64,000 bases of DNA from an uncultured Pelagibacteraceae bacterium. Lineage in GTDB: Bacteria > Pseudomonadota > Alphaproteobacteria > Pelagibacterales > AG-422-B15. The notes beneath the pieces are model-generated. The model did no database searches, had not been told where the DNA came from, and worked only from the letters and a program-made list of their open reading frames with translations. The DNA is taken from the NCBI GenBank assembly GCA_902571005.1, contig CACGAG010000004.1:64178-128177 (forward strand), in the 5' to 3' direction. This document shows, in pieces, positions 32,766 to 43,283 of this stretch. The position numbers were made by a program, and so were the translations under genes. Numbering within the stretch: position 1 is the first letter of the stretch; each line of letters opens with the position of its first letter.

Positions 32766-32842
32766 GCGTCCGTAGCTCAACTGGATAGAGCATCAGACTT
32801 CGGATCTGAGGGTTGAGGGTTCGAATCCTTCCGGGCGCACCA
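32766..32842 (+). tRNA. tRNA-Arg (anticodon TCG)
   Basis: Full cloverleaf; acceptor GCGTCCG/CGGGCGC; anticodon arm TCAGA-CTTCGGA-TCTGA; TTCGAAT; encoded CCA. Confidence 0.95.
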
Positions 32843-32850
32843 GAAAAATT

Positions 32851-33450
32851 ATGAAGATATATAAACCATTTGGACCAACAATAGGCAAAACAAAGCTCTC
32901 ATCGAGAACAGTTACAAACTTAAACAAGTTTTCCGATCAAGTGTCAAAAAATAAGTCCTTATCTAAAAAGTATGATTATGATCATAGGCTCATAGGAAGT
33001 ATGAAACAGCAGTTTAAAATACCAAATAAAATTTTAAAAGCTGGAATAGAAAAACAGATAATTAATTCAATAAAAGATTATTATAAGCAAACATTAAATA
33101 TAAAAGTTAAGAAAATTAAAATTGAAAGAGCTTGGATAGTAAGTCAGTATGCTGGGGATTTTAATCCACCTCATTTACACAGAGGCAACATCAGCGGTGT
33201 GGGTTATTTAAAAATTCCCTCGTCTATACGATTAAATAAAGAAAAAGATTTAGCAGGTTTAATATCATTTTTTGATGGTCGTGTTTCTATGCCCAGGAAC
33301 AGCCCTCCGCTAGTTAAGCACCGTGAAACATTTAAGCCTAAGGTAGGAGATTTGTATATTTTCCCTTCTTTTTTAATGCATGATGTCCACCCTTTTAGAG
33401 GAGATGGTGAGAGACGGTGTTTTTCTTTTAATGCATTCGTAGACGCTTAA
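32851..33450 (+). CDS. Putative 2OG-Fe(II) oxygenase (TIGR02466-like)
   Basis: FNPPHLH..ISGVGYL, GDLYIFPS.LMH.VHPF, RRCFSFN. Confidence 0.75.
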   Translation: MKIYKPFGPTIGKTKLSSRTVTNLNKFSDQVSKNKSLSKKYDYDHRLIGSMKQQFKIPNKILKAGIEKQIINSIKDYYKQTLNIKVKKIKIERAWIVSQYAGDFNPPHLHRGNISGVGYLKIPSSIRLNKEKDLAGLISFFDGRVSMPRNSPPLVKHRETFKPKVGDLYIFPSFLMHDVHPFRGDGERRCFSFNAFVDA

Positions 33451-34086
33451 TTAATGTTTCTTATTAAAATTTTTAAATTCTTTATTAATTAATTTTTTAG
33501 ACAAAGAACCTTCGCGTATAATGTTTATTTGATTATTTTTAGTTTCAACTAAAGTTGACTCTTTAAAGCTCATTTTACCTTTTTTTTTGATTGCATAAGC
33601 AACATCTTTTGATTTTATTATTCCTAATTGATTTAAAGATTTTATATTTATTTCTCCATGAATATTAGCGCTTGTAGTTGCAAGTGGCTTTTGAACGTAC
33701 TCGAGAATTTTTATAACATCTTTATTTTTTGGAATGCGTATACCTACCTTAGACAATCTTTTATCCCCATTGTAAAACTTTTTTCCTTTCTTTTTTAATA
33801 TCAAAGTAAGTGGTCCAGGCCAATATTTTGATGCCAAATATTCTTCAAAGGGTGAAAATATTGCAAGCTTTTTAGCTTCAGCAATTGAATGAGTAAACAG
33901 AATAAGAGGAAATCTTTTGGGTCTTTTTTTAATCTTAAATATATTTTCAACGCCTTGAAAACTCTTTGCATCGGCTGCAATACCATAAACGGTATCTGTT
34001 GGGATTACTATAGTTTTTCCTATGAGTAGACTTCTAGTTATAATTTTAATATTATTTGAATTTAGATTTATTATTTTAGATTTCAT
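33451..34086 (-). CDS. tsaC: Threonylcarbamoyl-AMP synthase (YrdC/Sua5 domain)
   Basis: PTDTVYGI, IFKIKKRP, WPGPLTLIL, TTSAN; start ATG 34086. Confidence 0.9.
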   Translation of the reverse strand: MKSKIINLNSNNIKIITRSLLIGKTIVIPTDTVYGIAADAKSFQGVENIFKIKKRPKRFPLILFTHSIAEAKKLAIFSPFEEYLASKYWPGPLTLILKKKGKKFYNGDKRLSKVGIRIPKNKDVIKILEYVQKPLATTSANIHGEINIKSLNQLGIIKSKDVAYAIKKKGKMSFKESTLVETKNNQINIIREGSLSKKLINKEFKNFNKKH

Positions 34087-34089
34087 TAA

Positions 34090-35025
34090 ATGACTCAAAC
34101 ACAAATATATTTCGATGATAGTTTTAAAGATCATGTATCTTCTCTCGATTATCCAGAGAGAACTGATCGAGTAAAAAATATCATCGATTTAATAAATAAT
34201 GAAGAATTTAAAAATATATCAATAATTAAACCGAATAAGGTAGATTACTCTCATATTTATGAAGCACATGATAAAAGATTTGTAGATGAAACTCTTGATC
34301 GTTTTCCAAAAGATGAACAGATAGTTTTTCTGGATCAAGAAACACCTGTTTCTCGTGGTTCTTTTGAGGCAACATTAAAAGCTGCAGGCGCTGGCATAGA
34401 CGCAGCAGATAACGTTATAAATAAAAAATGTATGAATGCGTTCTGTATTGTAAGGCCGCCAGGCCATCATGCATGTTATGACCGTTCAATGGGTTTTTGT
34501 GTATTTAATAATGTAGCTATATCTGCAAAGTACTTGATTAATCGGTATGGTTTAGAAAATATTGCCATTATTGACTTTGATGTTCATCATGGAAACGGAA
34601 CGCAAGATATATTCTATGAAAATTCTAAGGTGCATTACTATTCAACTCATCAATATCCATTGTATCCTGGAACAGGCGATACAAATGAAATGGGAGTAGG
34701 CAATATTGTTAATGTGCCTCTTCAAGCGGGAACAAATTCATCTCAATATCAATCGGCATTTGATGAGATGATTATAAAAAAATTACATGATCAAAAACCA
34801 GATTTTTTAATTTTATCAGCGGGTTTCGATGCTCACAAAAAAGACCCATTGGCATCGTTAGAACTTTTAGAAAATGATTTTAAATTGATTACACAAAAGT
34901 TGATGAGTATTGCAGATAAATATTGTGATAATCGAATTATTTCTATGCTTGAAGGTGGATATGATATACAAGCTTTAGAAAATTCAATGATTACCCATAT
35001 AAGAGAGTTACAAAATAATGACTAA
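34090..35025 (+). CDS. Histone deacetylase-family amidohydrolase
   Basis: RPPGHHA, GFCVFNNVA, DFDVHHGNGTQ, SAGFDAH, LEGGY; precedes xseB. Confidence 0.92.
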   Translation: MTQTQIYFDDSFKDHVSSLDYPERTDRVKNIIDLINNEEFKNISIIKPNKVDYSHIYEAHDKRFVDETLDRFPKDEQIVFLDQETPVSRGSFEATLKAAGAGIDAADNVINKKCMNAFCIVRPPGHHACYDRSMGFCVFNNVAISAKYLINRYGLENIAIIDFDVHHGNGTQDIFYENSKVHYYSTHQYPLYPGTGDTNEMGVGNIVNVPLQAGTNSSQYQSAFDEMIIKKLHDQKPDFLILSAGFDAHKKDPLASLELLENDFKLITQKLMSIADKYCDNRIISMLEGGYDIQALENSMITHIRELQNND

Positions 35026-35251
35026 AATACCTGATGACATAAAAAAACTTTCTTTTGAAAAAGCTATGGAAGAACTATCTGAGATTGTAGAAAATTTAGA
35101 GAGTGGAAACATTGATCTTGAAAAGTCTATTGAGTATTATACGCGTGGATCGCAATTAAGAGCCCATTGCCAACAAAAATTAGACGATGCAGTTTTAAAA
35201 CTTGAGGAAATCAAAGTGCTGCCAGATGGTAAAATATCTAAAAAAAAGTAA
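35018..35251 (+). CDS. xseB: Exodeoxyribonuclease VII small subunit
   Basis: SFEKAMEEL..IV..LESG..DLEKSI..Y.RG. Confidence 0.93.
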   Translation: MTKIPDDIKKLSFEKAMEELSEIVENLESGNIDLEKSIEYYTRGSQLRAHCQQKLDDAVLKLEEIKVLPDGKISKKK

Positions 35252-36070
35252 ATGAAACATCAAATCATAAATAACGATTTGAAAAAATTTACCATTAAAT
35301 TCAATAAATTTTTAAAAAAAAAACTTAGTAAAGATAAAAATCTATTAAATCAAGCTATCCTGTATTCAATTAATACAGGAGGTAAAAGATTTAGACCATA
35401 TTTAGTATATATTTTTGGTAAAGAATTGAATTTATCAAATAGTGTTATTTTTAATTTAGCTTCAGCAATTGAGATGTTACATAATTATTCTCTTGTGCAT
35501 GATGATTTACCATCTATGGACAACGATCAATTTAGAAGAGGAAAAAAAACAACACACTATAAATTCAATGAATATACTGCAATTCTCGCGGGATGTGCTT
35601 TATTGACAAAAGCATATCAAATTTTATCTAGTAGTTCTTTTAAAATATCAGATAAGAAAAAAACAAAGTTGATTGAAGTAATGAGCAAAGTTTCAGGTGA
35701 AAAAGGACTTCTTTTAGGGCAATACTATGATTTGAGTTTAAAATCACCTACTGTAAGTGGGAGATTAGAATTAAACAAATTAAAAACTGCAAAATTAATG
35801 TCTTATTGCTGTCAAGCAGTTGCAATTTGTGCAAATAAAAATAAGAGTATCGAAGAAAGTATGAAAAAAATTGGAGAGTACATCGGAGAAATTTTTCAAA
35901 TCAATGATGACATTGCAGATTTTCCAAGAATGTCAAAGGTAAATACTGAGATTTTACTAAATTACAAAAAAAAACTAGCTGAAAAGACGTTAAAGAATTT
36001 GAAGAAAATTAAATTAAAGAAAAAAAAGACTTTGTTGATTATTGATTTTTTAGTTGATCTAAAAGTTTAG
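35252..36070 (+). CDS. ispA: Short-chain polyprenyl (farnesyl) diphosphate synthase with shortened C-terminus
   Basis: [31 protein letters not shown]; follows xseB. Confidence 0.8.
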   Translation: MKHQIINNDLKKFTIKFNKFLKKKLSKDKNLLNQAILYSINTGGKRFRPYLVYIFGKELNLSNSVIFNLASAIEMLHNYSLVHDDLPSMDNDQFRRGKKTTHYKFNEYTAILAGCALLTKAYQILSSSSFKISDKKKTKLIEVMSKVSGEKGLLLGQYYDLSLKSPTVSGRLELNKLKTAKLMSYCCQAVAICANKNKSIEESMKKIGEYIGEIFQINDDIADFPRMSKVNTEILLNYKKKLAEKTLKNLKKIKLKKKKTLLIIDFLVDLKV

Positions 36071-37152
36071 CCACATTGCGCTCTATTGCGCAATATATGA
36101 TCTGCTAAAACACACGCCATCATAGCCTCAGCAATTGGGACAGCTCTCAAACCTACACATGGATCGTGACGACCTTTTGTTGAAATCGATGTATTTTGAA
36201 ATTTATTGTTAATTGTTTTTTTTGCCTTCAAAATTGACGACGTTGGTTTAATCGTTATTGATAAATTTAAATCCTGACCACTTGATATACCACCTAAGAT
36301 TCCGCCAGAGTTATTAGAAGAAAAGATAATTTTTTTATTTTTATTAGCTCTTATTTCATCGGAGTTTTCATCACCTGATAATTCAACAGCCTCATTGCCA
36401 GCTCCTATTTCAACACCTTTAACAGCGTTGATGCTCATCATTGCACCTGCAAGGTCAGCATCTAATTTACCATATACTGGTTCTCCAAGTCCGGCGGGAA
36501 CATTTTTAGCATTTACTAATAATTTGGCACCCAATGATGATCCTTTTTTTCTAGTTTCATCTAGGTACTCTTCCCAAACTTTAACTATTTTTTTATCAGG
36601 ACAGAAAAAAGAATTTTTCTTTACGTCATTCCAATTGAAATTTCTTTGATTAATTGTGAGCTTTCCAACCTGTGTAACTGCACCTTGAATTAAAATATCT
36701 TTTTTTAATATATGTCCAATTACTTTTCTTGCGACAGCGCCAGCAGCTACTCTACTCGCAGTTTCTCTTGCTGAAGAACGACCTCCACCTCTATAATCCC
36801 TTATTCCATATTTCAAAAAATATGTTAGGTCAGCATGTCCAGGTCTAAATTTATTTTTTATATCGCTGTAGTCTTTTGATTTCTGATCTTTGTTCCAAAT
36901 TAACAGCATTATCGGAGTTCCAGTTGTTTTTCCCTCAAATACACCAGATAAAATTGAAACTTTATCATCTTCTCTTCTTTGTGTAACAAATCTATTTTTT
37001 CCTGGCTTTCTCATATCTAAATATTTCTGAATATCCTTGTCCTTAAGTGGTATTAGAGGAGGGCAACCATCAATTATACATCCAATAGCTTCCCCATGAG
37101 ATTCCCCCCATGTTGTAAATCGAAAATTTTTTCCAAAAGTATTAAATGACAT
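36067..37152 (-). CDS. aroC: Chorismate synthase
   Basis: [31 protein letters not shown]. Confidence 0.97.
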   Translation of the reverse strand: MSFNTFGKNFRFTTWGESHGEAIGCIIDGCPPLIPLKDKDIQKYLDMRKPGKNRFVTQRREDDKVSILSGVFEGKTTGTPIMLLIWNKDQKSKDYSDIKNKFRPGHADLTYFLKYGIRDYRGGGRSSARETASRVAAGAVARKVIGHILKKDILIQGAVTQVGKLTINQRNFNWNDVKKNSFFCPDKKIVKVWEEYLDETRKKGSSLGAKLLVNAKNVPAGLGEPVYGKLDADLAGAMMSINAVKGVEIGAGNEAVELSGDENSDEIRANKNKKIIFSSNNSGGILGGISSGQDLNLSITIKPTSSILKAKKTINNKFQNTSISTKGRHDPCVGLRAVPIAEAMMACVLADHILRNRAQCG

Positions 37153-37161
37153 ATTTATTTT

Positions 37162-38142
37162 TTATTTGTCTCTGATTATTAAATGATCCACCAAATCATC
37201 AAGATACACTTTATATTTATTTCCTTCAAATTTATTAATCTTAGTTTTGGCTTTTTCTGCATATTTTCCAACAAATTCGATTGAACTTTTATAAGTATTT
37301 GTTTTCTTCATCAGATCCAGAATTAGTGCCAGATCTTTTTTACTTCTTTTTCTCTTAAAAAATAGCTTGGCTATAATTTTTTTTGACATTTTATCAGATT
37401 TTTTGAAACAATGAATGACTGGATATGTTACTTTACCCTCAAAAAAATCTTTCCCAACACTTTTACCCATTTTGCTCGAGTCACCAAAATAATCTAATAC
37501 GTCATCAGATAACTGATAGGCCATGCCAAAATTAAATCCAAAATCATTAAATATTTTTTGAGTTCTTTTATCTTGGTCAGTAATGATGGTTGGTAAAAAA
37601 CAAGATATCCTAAAAAGCTCAGCAGTTTTAGCATCTATGATAGATAAATACTTTTTTTCTGTTAAGTTAACATTTTGATTATTGCCTACGTCTTGTATTT
37701 GTCCTCTTGCTAAAATGAGTGATGTTTGGGATAATATCTCTAGTAATTTTAATGATTTATTTTTTACCATTAGCTTAAAAGCTCTACTTAACAGGTAATC
37801 TCCAACTAAAACACTTACTTTATTTCCCCATATTTGATTTGCGCTTAATTTTCCTCTTCTGATCTTTCCTGTATCAATTACATCATCATGCAACAAAGTG
37901 GCGTTATGAATAAACTCAATGCAGACAGCAAGTGTTACATCCGCGTTACCTTTATAATTTAGCATTTTTGATACAATTAATGTAAGAAGGGGCCTTATTT
38001 TTTTTCCCTTAGCTTTAATGAGATGGCCTGCTGTTAAAGTAATTAATTTTTCTTCATCCTTGATGTTCTTACTGATTTCTCTTTCAACTCTCTTCAGAGA
38101 GCTTTTAAGTAAATTCGATAATGATTTTACTGGTGTATTCAC
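37162..38142 (-). CDS. ispB: Long-chain polyprenyl diphosphate synthase
   Basis: GKKIRP, LLHDDVID..RRG, VLVGDYL, YQLSDDVLDY, GKDFFEGK.TYP. Confidence 0.9.
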   Translation of the reverse strand: MNTPVKSLSNLLKSSLKRVEREISKNIKDEEKLITLTAGHLIKAKGKKIRPLLTLIVSKMLNYKGNADVTLAVCIEFIHNATLLHDDVIDTGKIRRGKLSANQIWGNKVSVLVGDYLLSRAFKLMVKNKSLKLLEILSQTSLILARGQIQDVGNNQNVNLTEKKYLSIIDAKTAELFRISCFLPTIITDQDKRTQKIFNDFGFNFGMAYQLSDDVLDYFGDSSKMGKSVGKDFFEGKVTYPVIHCFKKSDKMSKKIIAKLFFKRKRSKKDLALILDLMKKTNTYKSSIEFVGKYAEKAKTKINKFEGNKYKVYLDDLVDHLIIRDK

Positions 38143-38232
38143 TTATTAATTATGATTTTGTTTTATATTTAGATGTACTTATAATATAGTCTCATATAAT
38201 TAAAAGTTATTGATTTCAGGCAAAAATTAAAA

Positions 38233-39039
38233 ATGAGCTTTATATCCTCTAAAACAAGAATAAATATAGTTGGCTTGCGAGGTGTTATTGGAGATCTCGG
38301 TAGATTTCAAAAGGGACTGACACTTGAGAATTGTGCCTCTATTCTAGATAAAGCTTTTAGCTTTAAAAAGCCATCTGTAGTAGTCATTAAGATCAACTCT
38401 CCAGGTGGTTCACCGGTTCAATCCGAGCTTATACACAACCGTATAAGAAATTTATCGAAGAAAAACAATGTGAAAGTGATTACAATCGCGGAGGATGTTG
38501 CTGCCTCAGGAGGTTATATGCTGATGTGTGCAGGAGATATTTTAATCGCCAATAAAAGTTCAATAGTCGGATCAATAGGAGTAATCAGTGCCTCTTTTGG
38601 ATTCAAAAAATTAATAGATAAACTAGGCATTAAAAGGCGAGTTTTTACAAAAGGAGATAGAAAATCGTTTCTAGATCCATTTGAAGAAGTCTCTAAAAAA
38701 GACATAGATAAGCTGATCAAAGTTCAGGATAGCATATTTGAAAATTTCAAAGATTTAGTCTCAAAAAATAGAAAAAAGAAAATAGACCCAAAAAAAGTTT
38801 TTAATGGGGAGTTTTGGACAGGCGAACAAGCAAAAAAACTTGGTTTAGTAGACTCGAATGAAGAACTAAACTCATACATTGAAAAACATTACGGAAAAAA
38901 ATTAAAGATTAGGAACATAGAAGAAAAAAAATCATTCATTAAAAATATTTTAAATAATCAGATTTCAAATAACGATATTGTTGACCGGCTTACAGAAGCT
39001 CTAAGGGAAAATTCATTCTGGAGTCGATATGGCCTCTAA
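38233..39039 (+). CDS. S49-family peptidase (SppA/SohB-like)
   Basis: [22 protein letters not shown]. Confidence 0.9.
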   Translation: MSFISSKTRINIVGLRGVIGDLGRFQKGLTLENCASILDKAFSFKKPSVVVIKINSPGGSPVQSELIHNRIRNLSKKNNVKVITIAEDVAASGGYMLMCAGDILIANKSSIVGSIGVISASFGFKKLIDKLGIKRRVFTKGDRKSFLDPFEEVSKKDIDKLIKVQDSIFENFKDLVSKNRKKKIDPKKVFNGEFWTGEQAKKLGLVDSNEELNSYIEKHYGKKLKIRNIEEKKSFIKNILNNQISNNDIVDRLTEALRENSFWSRYGL

Positions 39040-40387
39040 AAACATGGAAGACCTCGTTTCATTATGTAAAAGACGGGGGTTTATTTTTCAATCAAGTGAA
39101 ATTTATGGTGGCTTGCAAGGAATATATGATTATGGTCCACTCGGAGTAGAATTAAAAAACAACCTTAAATCCTCTTGGTGGAAATCAATGATCTATGATC
39201 GAGATGACGTTGAAGGACTTGATGCATCTATTTTAACAAGTAGACACGTATTAAAATATTCAGGCCATGAAGATACTTTCTCTGATCCTTTAGTCGACTG
39301 TAGAAATTGCAAAAATAGATTTAGATCTGACCAGGCCACGGATGGAAAATGTCCAGCATGTGGGTCTAGCGATCTAACTGAACCTCGACCATTTAATCTT
39401 ATGTTTAAAACCACAGTTGGTCCTGTAGATGATGGCAGTAATTATGCTTACCTAAGACCTGAAACCGCACAGCAAATTTTTACAAATTTTAAAAATATAT
39501 TGGACTCAACAAGTAAGACTATTCCTTTTGGAATCGCGCAGATAGGTAAAGCATTTAGAAATGAAGTCACTCCAGGCAAATTTATATTCAGAGTTAGAGA
39601 GTTTGAACAAATGGAATTAGAATTTTTCGTTGAACCAGGTAAAGATGATGAGTGGCATAAATATTGGGTAGACAAGAGGTATTCATGGTGGATTGATCAA
39701 GGCATATCTGAAAAAAGATTAAAAAAGCTAGATGTTGAAGATGCTGACCTATCTCACTATTCAAAAGCTACTGTAGATCTTATGTACGAATTTCCACATG
39801 GACTTGAAGAGTTAGAAGGTATAGCAAACAGAACTGATTTTGATCTTGGCTCTCACACTAAAAATCAAAATGACTTTAAAATATCCGCAGATGTAATGAA
39901 AAACAACCAATCAACAACGAAATTGAGTATTCAAAATTTAGAAAGTAAAGAATGGTACATCCCTTATGTTATAGAACCCTCCGCTGGTGTTGATCGAGGT
40001 GTATTTGCTCTGCTCAATGAAGCTTACAAGGAGGAGGATTTAGAAAACGGAAATAAAAGAATTGTGTTAAGTTTGAAACCTCATTTGTCTCCAATTAAAG
40101 CGGCCGTAATTCCTCTTAAAAGAAATAATGAGGATTTAGTCAATAAAGCAAGCAAGATTAAGAATGATCTTCAAGCACTAGGTATGGGAAGGGTCATTTT
40201 AGAAAACTCAGGAAATATTGGAAAAGGTTATAGACGTCATGATGAGATTGGCACACCTATTTGTATAACAGTTGATTTTGAAACAATCGAAAATGATACA
40301 GTGACTATAAGAGATAGAGATACTATGTCACAAAAAAGAGTTTCATCTCAAGATTTAAAACACGAATATAAAAAAGTTTTTAATTAA
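39029..40387 (+). CDS. glyQS: Glycyl-tRNA synthetase, homodimeric alpha2 type
   Basis: [56 protein letters not shown], anticodon domain [13 protein letters not shown]. Confidence 0.93.
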   Translation: MASKNMEDLVSLCKRRGFIFQSSEIYGGLQGIYDYGPLGVELKNNLKSSWWKSMIYDRDDVEGLDASILTSRHVLKYSGHEDTFSDPLVDCRNCKNRFRSDQATDGKCPACGSSDLTEPRPFNLMFKTTVGPVDDGSNYAYLRPETAQQIFTNFKNILDSTSKTIPFGIAQIGKAFRNEVTPGKFIFRVREFEQMELEFFVEPGKDDEWHKYWVDKRYSWWIDQGISEKRLKKLDVEDADLSHYSKATVDLMYEFPHGLEELEGIANRTDFDLGSHTKNQNDFKISADVMKNNQSTTKLSIQNLESKEWYIPYVIEPSAGVDRGVFALLNEAYKEEDLENGNKRIVLSLKPHLSPIKAAVIPLKRNNEDLVNKASKIKNDLQALGMGRVILENSGNIGKGYRRHDEIGTPICITVDFETIENDTVTIRDRDTMSQKRVSSQDLKHEYKKVFN

Positions 40388-40849
40388 TTATATATTTCTT
40401 CTCGGAAATTCTATTTTGCCAAATGGCCAAGAATTTTCTAACCATTTTTTAAATGTTTTGCCTAATTCATCCTCTAAGCCGCTATCAAGCAAATCTTGTC
40501 TTATCCAATAGTATGCTTGTACCTCATACTCAGGGTTATCGGAGGGATAAATATAGCAACAACCAATTACATCTTTCCCTTCTTTTGTTGATAGAACTGT
40601 GTAAGCGAAAGAATGTCTAAGAGAAAATTCCACTTCATGCCATCCTAGATCGGCACGATTTTCATCTAATGTCATTTCTTTTGGCCATTCACTATCGTCC
40701 ATTAGTTTATATAGATGGTCTACACTTTTCATTACTGCCTCATAGTCTTTGTCGACATATTTTATTGTAAGTGGTCTTAAGATAAAATTTTTGGTTACTA
40801 ATTCTGTAGGAACTTTAAAGCTATCTTTAACTATTGGACGGCTGTACAT
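40388..40849 (-). CDS. GNAT-like (RimJ/RimL-related) protein
   Basis: FILRPL, DYEAVM, FAYTVL, IGCCYIYP, YYWIR. Confidence 0.6.
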   Translation of the reverse strand: MYSRPIVKDSFKVPTELVTKNFILRPLTIKYVDKDYEAVMKSVDHLYKLMDDSEWPKEMTLDENRADLGWHEVEFSLRHSFAYTVLSTKEGKDVIGCCYIYPSDNPEYEVQAYYWIRQDLLDSGLEDELGKTFKKWLENSWPFGKIEFPRRNI

Positions 40850-41689
40850 TTAAATTTCAAGTCCAAAATCAACGTTTTCAATGCTATGAGTAAGTTGTCC
40901 GATTGAAATTCTATCAACTTTTGTTTTCGCATAGGACTTAATATTTTTTAAATTAATATTTCCAGATGCCTCACAAAGAAACTTTTTTTTAACTATTTTT
41001 AAGCACTGAGAAATTTGTTTCTCAGACATATTATCGAGAAGTACAATATCTATTTTCTGATTTAAAATTTTTTTTAATTGTTTAATTGTGTCAATTTCTA
41101 CTGTAATTTTCTTTTTTAATTTTGATCTACTAATTTTTTTTATATTCTCAACCAGTCCTTCTTTATTTCCAAGATGGTTATCTTTTATGAAATAAAAATC
41201 CGATAAAGAAGCCCTGTTTACATGCGCGCCACCAATTGTAAGAGCATATTTTTGTACTTGTCTCATCCCGGCAATTGTTTTTCTCGTTGAATAAATTTTA
41301 ACTCCATAAGGTGCTGCAATATCAACAAATTTTCTTGTTTTTGTAGCAATACCAGACATGAACCCTAAAAAGTTTAAAGCTGTTCTCTCTGCAATTAATA
41401 TACTTTGTGCATCACCATTTACGTCAATAATTTTATTTCCTTTAACTACTTTACTTCCATCTTTCTTTAGAACTTTTATTTTAATTTTACTATTGAGCGC
41501 TTTAAATGTCTGAACAGCAAACTCAGTTCCACAGACAATTGCATTCTCTTTTGCGACTATAGAAGCTTTAAGCTTTGTTTTTTTGGAAATTAAAATTTTT
41601 GAGGTTATATCGCCATATTTACCAAAATCTTCTTTCAAAGCAATTTTGATTTTTTTCTTTATATCTTTTTTAGCTAACAAGTTTTTCAT
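40850..41689 (-). CDS. nadC: Quinolinate phosphoribosyltransferase
   Basis: EDFG..GDIT, AERTALNF, STRKT, IKDNH, VLLDNM, EASGNI. Confidence 0.93.
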   Translation of the reverse strand: MKNLLAKKDIKKKIKIALKEDFGKYGDITSKILISKKTKLKASIVAKENAIVCGTEFAVQTFKALNSKIKIKVLKKDGSKVVKGNKIIDVNGDAQSILIAERTALNFLGFMSGIATKTRKFVDIAAPYGVKIYSTRKTIAGMRQVQKYALTIGGAHVNRASLSDFYFIKDNHLGNKEGLVENIKKISRSKLKKKITVEIDTIKQLKKILNQKIDIVLLDNMSEKQISQCLKIVKKKFLCEASGNINLKNIKSYAKTKVDRISIGQLTHSIENVDFGLEI

Positions 41690-43283
41690 CAACTTCTGAT
41701 ATAGTAGAATCCAAGATAGTTTTGATATAACCATCTATTTCTGAATATTTAATATCAAAATGCTTAATAAAATCTTCATCAGTATCTTGGTAATCAGATC
41801 TTAAATGACAACCTCGACTTTCTCTTCTTAAATAAGCGCCTATGATAATAAATTTGCTAACCAAAATCATATCATTAAGTTTAGCTGAAAGGCCTTTTGA
41901 CTCTCTCTCAATTTTTAGTACATCATTTAGACCCCTAATAATAGAATCCTTATTTCTAACAATTCCTAAATTTCTCATCATTGAAGACCTTAATTGCCAT
42001 ATATATTTTTTTGCTCTTATTTTATTTTTAGTTTTCTCTTTAAAAATTTTAATAAATTTAGAACTAATATGAATATCCTTTTTAATATTCTTTTTATTTA
42101 TTTCATTTGCAACAATCTTAGCAAATACAAGAGACTCTAATAGTGAATTTGATGCAAGGCGATTTGCTCCATGAATACCAGTTGCAGCGACCTCTCCGCA
42201 GCACCAGAGCCCTTCAACAGAAGTCTGTCCTTTCAGATCAGTTTTTACTCCACCTATATGATAATGAGCGACAGGAATTATTGGCAGTAGGTCTCTTTCA
42301 GGATCTAAGTCTGCATTTTCACAATAGGACGAAACTTGAGGAAAACGAGCATTAAAATTATTACCCATATGTCTACAATCTAAAAATACTGAATTTCCTT
42401 TTTCAATTTGTTTGAATATATTTTGAGCAATAAGATCTCGTGGTGCCAACTCATTATCAGGATGAATACCAAACATAAACCTTTCTTCATCTTGATTTAC
42501 AAGGTAAGCCCCTTCACCTCTAATCGCCTCAGTAGCCAAAGGAGTAGGGTCTAGGCCAAAATCAAGACCTGTTGGGTGAAATTGTACGAACTCCATGTCA
42601 GTAAGTGTCGCACCAGCATGAGATGCCAACGCCACGCCCTCTCCATAAGAACTTCTTGGGTTGGTCGTATTTGCAAAAATACCTCCTAAACCACCTGTCG
42701 CTAAAACTACATGTGAACTTTGGATAATTACATTACTGTCAGGAACATTATCGTCAGTAAATCTTCCAATTACTCCATAAATAGTATTTTTTTCAGTCAT
42801 AATTCGATCAATTGAAACATTTTCTAAAACTGTTATGTGATCACTTTTTTTTACTTTTTCAATTAAGCCGCGCATAATTTCAAGACCAGAACTATCACCT
42901 TTTGACCTTATGATTCTATTAAAGCTATGGGCACCTTCTAGTCCTAGGTTAAATGAACCATCTTCATTTTTATCAAAATTAACTCCGTATCCCTCTAAAT
43001 CATCAATGATGCCTTTTGCATTATTTATAACTTCTTTAATCGCATCGATATTCGCCAAGCCTTTTGCTGTAGTCAAAGTATCATTAATATGACTTTCATT
43101 ACTGTCATCCTTTGAAACTGCCGCGGCAATCCCTCCTTGTGCCCAACTACTGGAAGTATTTATTCCAAGTGAACTCTTAGTAATTACGCATACTTTTCTT
43201 GGCGCTAAATTGAGTGCAACAGTTAATCCCGCTACACCACCACCCACTATTACAACATCAGGGCTATAAATAGAATCAGACAT
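41670..43283 (-). CDS. nadB: L-aspartate oxidase
   Basis: GGGVAG, SSWAQGGIAA, EGAHS..RI, QFHPT, HYHIGG, HGANRLASNSLLE. Confidence 0.95.
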   Translation of the reverse strand: MSDSIYSPDVVIVGGGVAGLTVALNLAPRKVCVITKSSLGINTSSSWAQGGIAAAVSKDDSNESHINDTLTTAKGLANIDAIKEVINNAKGIIDDLEGYGVNFDKNEDGSFNLGLEGAHSFNRIIRSKGDSSGLEIMRGLIEKVKKSDHITVLENVSIDRIMTEKNTIYGVIGRFTDDNVPDSNVIIQSSHVVLATGGLGGIFANTTNPRSSYGEGVALASHAGATLTDMEFVQFHPTGLDFGLDPTPLATEAIRGEGAYLVNQDEERFMFGIHPDNELAPRDLIAQNIFKQIEKGNSVFLDCRHMGNNFNARFPQVSSYCENADLDPERDLLPIIPVAHYHIGGVKTDLKGQTSVEGLWCCGEVAATGIHGANRLASNSLLESLVFAKIVANEINKKNIKKDIHISSKFIKIFKEKTKNKIRAKKYIWQLRSSMMRNLGIVRNKDSIIRGLNDVLKIERESKGLSAKLNDMILVSKFIIIGAYLRRESRGCHLRSDYQDTDEDFIKHFDIKYSEIDGYIKTILDSTISEVDEKLVS

